Below are positions 8,261 through 11,763 of a DNA stretch of 11,763 nt, in pieces (within the stretch, counting starts at the first letter, position 1; every line of letters starts with the position of its first letter). The translations under genes and the position numbers were made by a program. The notes beneath the pieces were generated by a model, which saw only the letters and a program-made list of their open reading frames with translations, made no database searches and was not told the origin of the DNA. Where the stretch lies: the IMG/VR virus record IMGVR_UViG_3300033120_000148, positions 1 through 11,763 of that record; one strand, given 5' to 3'. Origin of the DNA: a virus. Its lineage: Duplodnaviria > Heunggongvirae > Uroviricota > Caudoviricetes > Crassvirales.

Positions 8261-9295
8261 ATGGCTAAAAATAATATGGAAGAGTTAATAATTGATGATG
8301 AGTCTATAGATTCTACACCAATGATTGAAGTACCAAAATAGAAAACAAAGGTTACTACAGCAACTAAGAAAGTAGATACTATTAGTAAAGGTAATTCTAC
8401 AGGTTTAATTAACTGTCTTAGAAATGAAAGAGTAATTGTAAGACATATAAATAGACCAGTAGGTCTAGTACAAAATCCAAAACATATATTATATGGTGGA
8501 ATGGCAGAGAATGCTGTTAAAGTGTTTGTAACACCTATGCTTTCATCAGGTAATTTTGTTAATGTATTGACAGACTCTGAGAAAGAGTATCTAGAATATA
8601 TAATGGGTTTAGAGTATAATGCTTTAAGTGTATATAAGAGACCTCTTCAAGATAATTACTGGAGTGACTGCAATGAATCTGGAGTCTCAAAAGTAAGATT
8701 AACTAAGCAAGATAATATTTTGGATTTATCAAGTCCAGAAGACTATATAAGATATAAGATACTATTAGCTAATAAAGATTTAATTTGTCCTTCACTAAAG
8801 GACTTAGAGGACCATCCAAAGGCTTCTTACCAATTTGTTATTGTAATAGAAAATGAGGAAGTTAAGATGGAAAGAGCTGATATGACTTATACAATGCAGT
8901 GTTACTTTGAATTAGGAAAAATTCAAGATGATATTGATACACTAAGAACTCTCACAGAGTTACTAACAGGTAGACCTACATCACCTTCTAGTAAGATAGA
9001 GTTTTTACAAAATAACCTTAATAATATTATTAAGAGTAATGCAAAGACATTCCTTAGAGCAGCTACAGATGAATTGCTTCCTTATAAGGTTATTCTTAAT
9101 AGAGGTATTGCAGCTAAGTGTATCATTAAGAATGGTAATTACTATATTCTAAGAGATGGTCAAAATAAGACAAATCTTTGTGAAGATGGTCAAGAACCTA
9201 CATTAAATAATGCTGCTAAATTCATATCAATGCCACAGCATCAAGACTTTAAATTCTTGATTGAGGCAAAGATAAATGAAATAAATAATAAATAA
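8261..9295 (+). CDS. Conserved crAss-like protein downstream of MCP, function unknown (344 aa, 1 TAG)
   Basis: ATG 8261 with an SD. A single TAG at 8339 extends track ORF 8501-9295. The position matches the conserved gene following the MCP in crAss-like phages. Confidence 0.8.
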
Positions 9296-9299
9296 TATT

Positions 9300-10049
9300 A
9301 TGACAATCTAGGAATTTTCTAATGAATTTGATATACTCTATAATAATATTATGAGTAATGCTGCTCCAGGAGTAGATGAGTATGAAAAATCAGTATTCTT
9401 AACTAAAGCCTAGCTTGAAATAATAAGAAACTATTTTAATCCTGAAAGTAATAAAAATAAGTAGGGATTTGATGATAGTCCAAAGAGGTAGATAGACTTT
9501 TCTTCTATTATTAAAACTACTACTCCTTCAACATATACAGGAATATATACTAAGTTTGATGATAAGAGTAAAGTTTACTCTTTACCTTCTGATTTATTAT
9601 ATATAATTAATGAATCTGCAACTGTAACACTTAATAATGTATCTAAAAATATATCTATAATACCACTTACTTTTAGTTAGTATTTGCAATAGATTAATAA
9701 GCCTTATAAATATCCTCTGAAGAATTAGGGTTGGAGATTAATTCTAAATGCTTAGAATGGTCCAATTCTAGGCTAGAGAGGTACAATAGCTAATGTTGCA
9801 GAAGTAATAATCAATCCTAATTATATATTATCTTAGTATAAAATAAGATATATTTTTAAACCTAACCCTATTATATTAATAGATTTAACGAGTAGTGGAT
9901 TATCTATAGCAGGTATGACTACGTCATCTTAGTGTCAATTAGATTCTTCTATTCACTAGGAAATATTATAGAGAGCAGTAGAACTAGCTAAATCTGCTTA
10001 TATGGGAGATTTAAATACTAATGTAGAATTAGGACAAAGAATTGAATAA
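9300..10049 (+). CDS. Tail ring/tubular protein paralogue 1 (249 aa, 13 TAG)
   Basis: Absent from the ORF track but open from ATG 9300 to TAA 10047-10049 with TAG read through. MTIQEFSNEFDILYNN...DEYEKSVFLTKAQ...KPNPIILIDL...IHQEILQRAVELA. Clearly paralogous to the next gene. The ring role is inferred from crAss-like synteny. Confidence 0.75.
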
Positions 10050-10747
10050 TGACTACAGAAGAATTTTCAAATGAATTTGAAGTATTACTTAATAGTTATG
10101 CTTTAAAATAGCCTAATACAGTATTAGATCTACAATTTGATGAGTATGAAAAGTCAATTTTTCTCACTAAGGCTTAGGAGGATCTAGTAATATCTATTTA
10201 TGATGGTAAAAATCCTTATAATGACTCCTTTGAGAAGACTGAAGAAGTAAGAAGAGGCTTAAGTGCATTAATTGAAACATATACTATATCATAGGAAAAG
10301 TCTATATCTACTAGTGGTTTAACACCTACTTCTAAGTTTTATGCTATACCTAATGATTTATGGTTTATAACTTATGAATCTGCTACTATTTCAGATAATT
10401 CTCTAGGTCCTAATCCTATAGAGGCTATGATATATCCTATCACATAGGATGATTTTTATAGAGTTAATAGGAATCCTTTTAGGAATAGTAATGAGAAAAG
10501 AGTACTCAGATTAGATGTAGATTCTACTACTATTGAGTTAATTTCAAAATATAGTATCTCTAGGTATCTAGTCAGGTATTTAAGAAAACCTTCTCCTATT
10601 ATAATTGAACCTTTAACAGATGGGTTAACTATAAATGGAGTAAGTGTAAAAACAGAATGTGAATTAAATCCTGTTATTCATAGAGCAATCTTAGATAAAG
10701 CAGTAAAGTATGCTTATAATAGTAGACTATAGAATACAGGTAAATAA
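10049..10747 (+). CDS. Tail ring/tubular protein paralogue 2 (232 aa, 5 TAG)
   Basis: TAATG overlap with the upstream stop. MTTEEFSNEFEVLLNS...DEYEKSIFLTKAQ...KPSPIIIEPL...IHRAILDKAVKYA. Ends TAA 10745-10747. Confidence 0.75.
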
Positions 10748-10777
10748 AAAATATTATATAACTAAATTTTTATAAAA

Positions 10778-11758
10778 ATGGCAGCATTTAGTACAAATCA
10801 AGTAAGACATTTATATGTAGCTAATGGTACAGGCGCAGTTACAGCAGCATCTGCTGCAGGCACTATTGCAGTAAAGTCTAATACTGTAGATTCTTCAATC
10901 TATTTTTAGTATAAGGGAGCAACAGATCTAATGAGATCTGATATTATTAATATTAAGAATATTAATAGTGCAAAGCTTACACTAGCATCAGCTTTAGCTA
11001 CTAAACTTAAATAGGTTACAGTAACTTTAAAGAGTGATGTAAATACAGGTAATCCAATTACTGGTCAAGATTATATTCTTAGAATTAATTTTAGACAGTA
11101 TCTAGCAACAGGTGATGATAATCAACATATTAAATTTGGTGCAGTTCATGCTTATCAAGGTATGACTCCTTCAGATTTCTATAAGACTTTAGCTCTGTCT
11201 CTTGCAGGTAACTTTAAGAAGGAAGTAGTTCCTCTTTTAACTTTTCAACTAGCTACTTCTACTACTCCAGTTGATGTAACATCATTTACAAAAGCTGCAG
11301 ATTTGACAGGTACTTATACAGGTGTAATTATAACAGAAGCTGTTCAACCTTGGACAAGAGGTCTTTTCCAATAGGTATCAGTTGCTTTTGGGGTTAACCC
11401 TACTACTGTTTTATTTGGCGGTGATGAAGTAATTTGGGGTACTACTGCTATAGCTACAGGAGCTTCTGTTCCTGATGGAAAGAAGATTGCTGACTTAGAG
11501 TACTTCTGCATGGGTGAAAGAGGTGATATTTATAGAAATATGGGATTCCCTAATGTTATTCCTACTACTTATCTAGTAGATCCAACTAAGGAATATCATG
11601 TTCTAGATATTAGTTATTACTTTGCAGGACCTGGAGAGGATGTACAAAAGTCTCAAAGATCACTATCAATAGTTTGTGCTGATAAGGCAACTATGAATGC
11701 TCTTATTACAGCCTTTAATACAGCCACAGGCTTGGCAGTAGCTGTAATACCTGACTAA
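10778..11758 (+). CDS. Virion structural protein, probable auxiliary capsid protein (326 aa, 3 TAG)
   Basis: MAAFSTNQVRHLYVAN...GERGDIYRNMGFPNVIPTTYLVDP. TAG at 10907, 11012 and 11372 joins track ORFs 11162-11374 and 11510-11758. The Ala/Thr/Val-rich composition and position after the two ring genes fit crAss-like synteny. Confidence 0.7.
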
Positions 11759-11763
11759 TATAA

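Noticed and set aside
873-11758. Interpretation as a decayed prophage with many pseudogenes, or as poor sequence quality
   Set aside because: The interruptions are exclusively TAG, with no frameshifts or premature TAA/TGA, and essential genes such as the MCP are otherwise intact.
873-11758. TAG as pyrrolysine, or TGA also recoded
   Set aside because: TAG replaces Gln usage in frequency and position, and no pyl genes are present in the window. TGA terminates three genes (777, 4596, 4904), two of them in ATGA overlaps, and never occurs in-frame.
1-11763. Suppressor tRNA, CRISPR array, DGR template repeat or RT, integrase or IS element
   Set aside because: None was seen. Intergenic spaces are short and lack cloverleaf, repeat-spacer or AAY-rich template patterns.

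Overview
This window is the late (structural and lysis) region of a crAss-like Bacteroidetes phage (Crassvirales). It is AT-rich and every supported gene lies on the + strand. The provided ORF track is fragmented because TAG is read as a sense codon, most likely Gln (genetic code 15). With TAG read through, ten long genes tile 873-11758 with short gaps or ATGA/TAATG overlaps. They carry about 53 in-frame TAGs by hand count, and all end in TAA or TGA. Gene order: 5'-truncated DGR-target-like tail/adhesin C-terminus (1-357), 123-aa hypothetical (406-777), 962-aa tail spike with a C-terminal SGNH esterase (873-3761), spanin-like, holin and DUF5675-type endolysin genes (3976-5349), a Bacteroidetes sigma-A-type promoter, scaffold-like protein (5464-6636), major capsid protein (6661-8172), a hairpin, a conserved crAss-like protein (8261-9295), two paralogous tail ring proteins (9300-10747) and an auxiliary-capsid-like protein (10778-11758). 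The core DNA is almost free of CpG (5 in 8 kb) and rich in TAG. The receptor-binding modules are CpG-containing and almost TAG-free, with a sharp boundary inside the tail spike gene. No suppressor tRNA, release factor or reverse transcriptase is in the window. All counts are manual (about +/-1-2), and family assignments come from recognition, not database searches.
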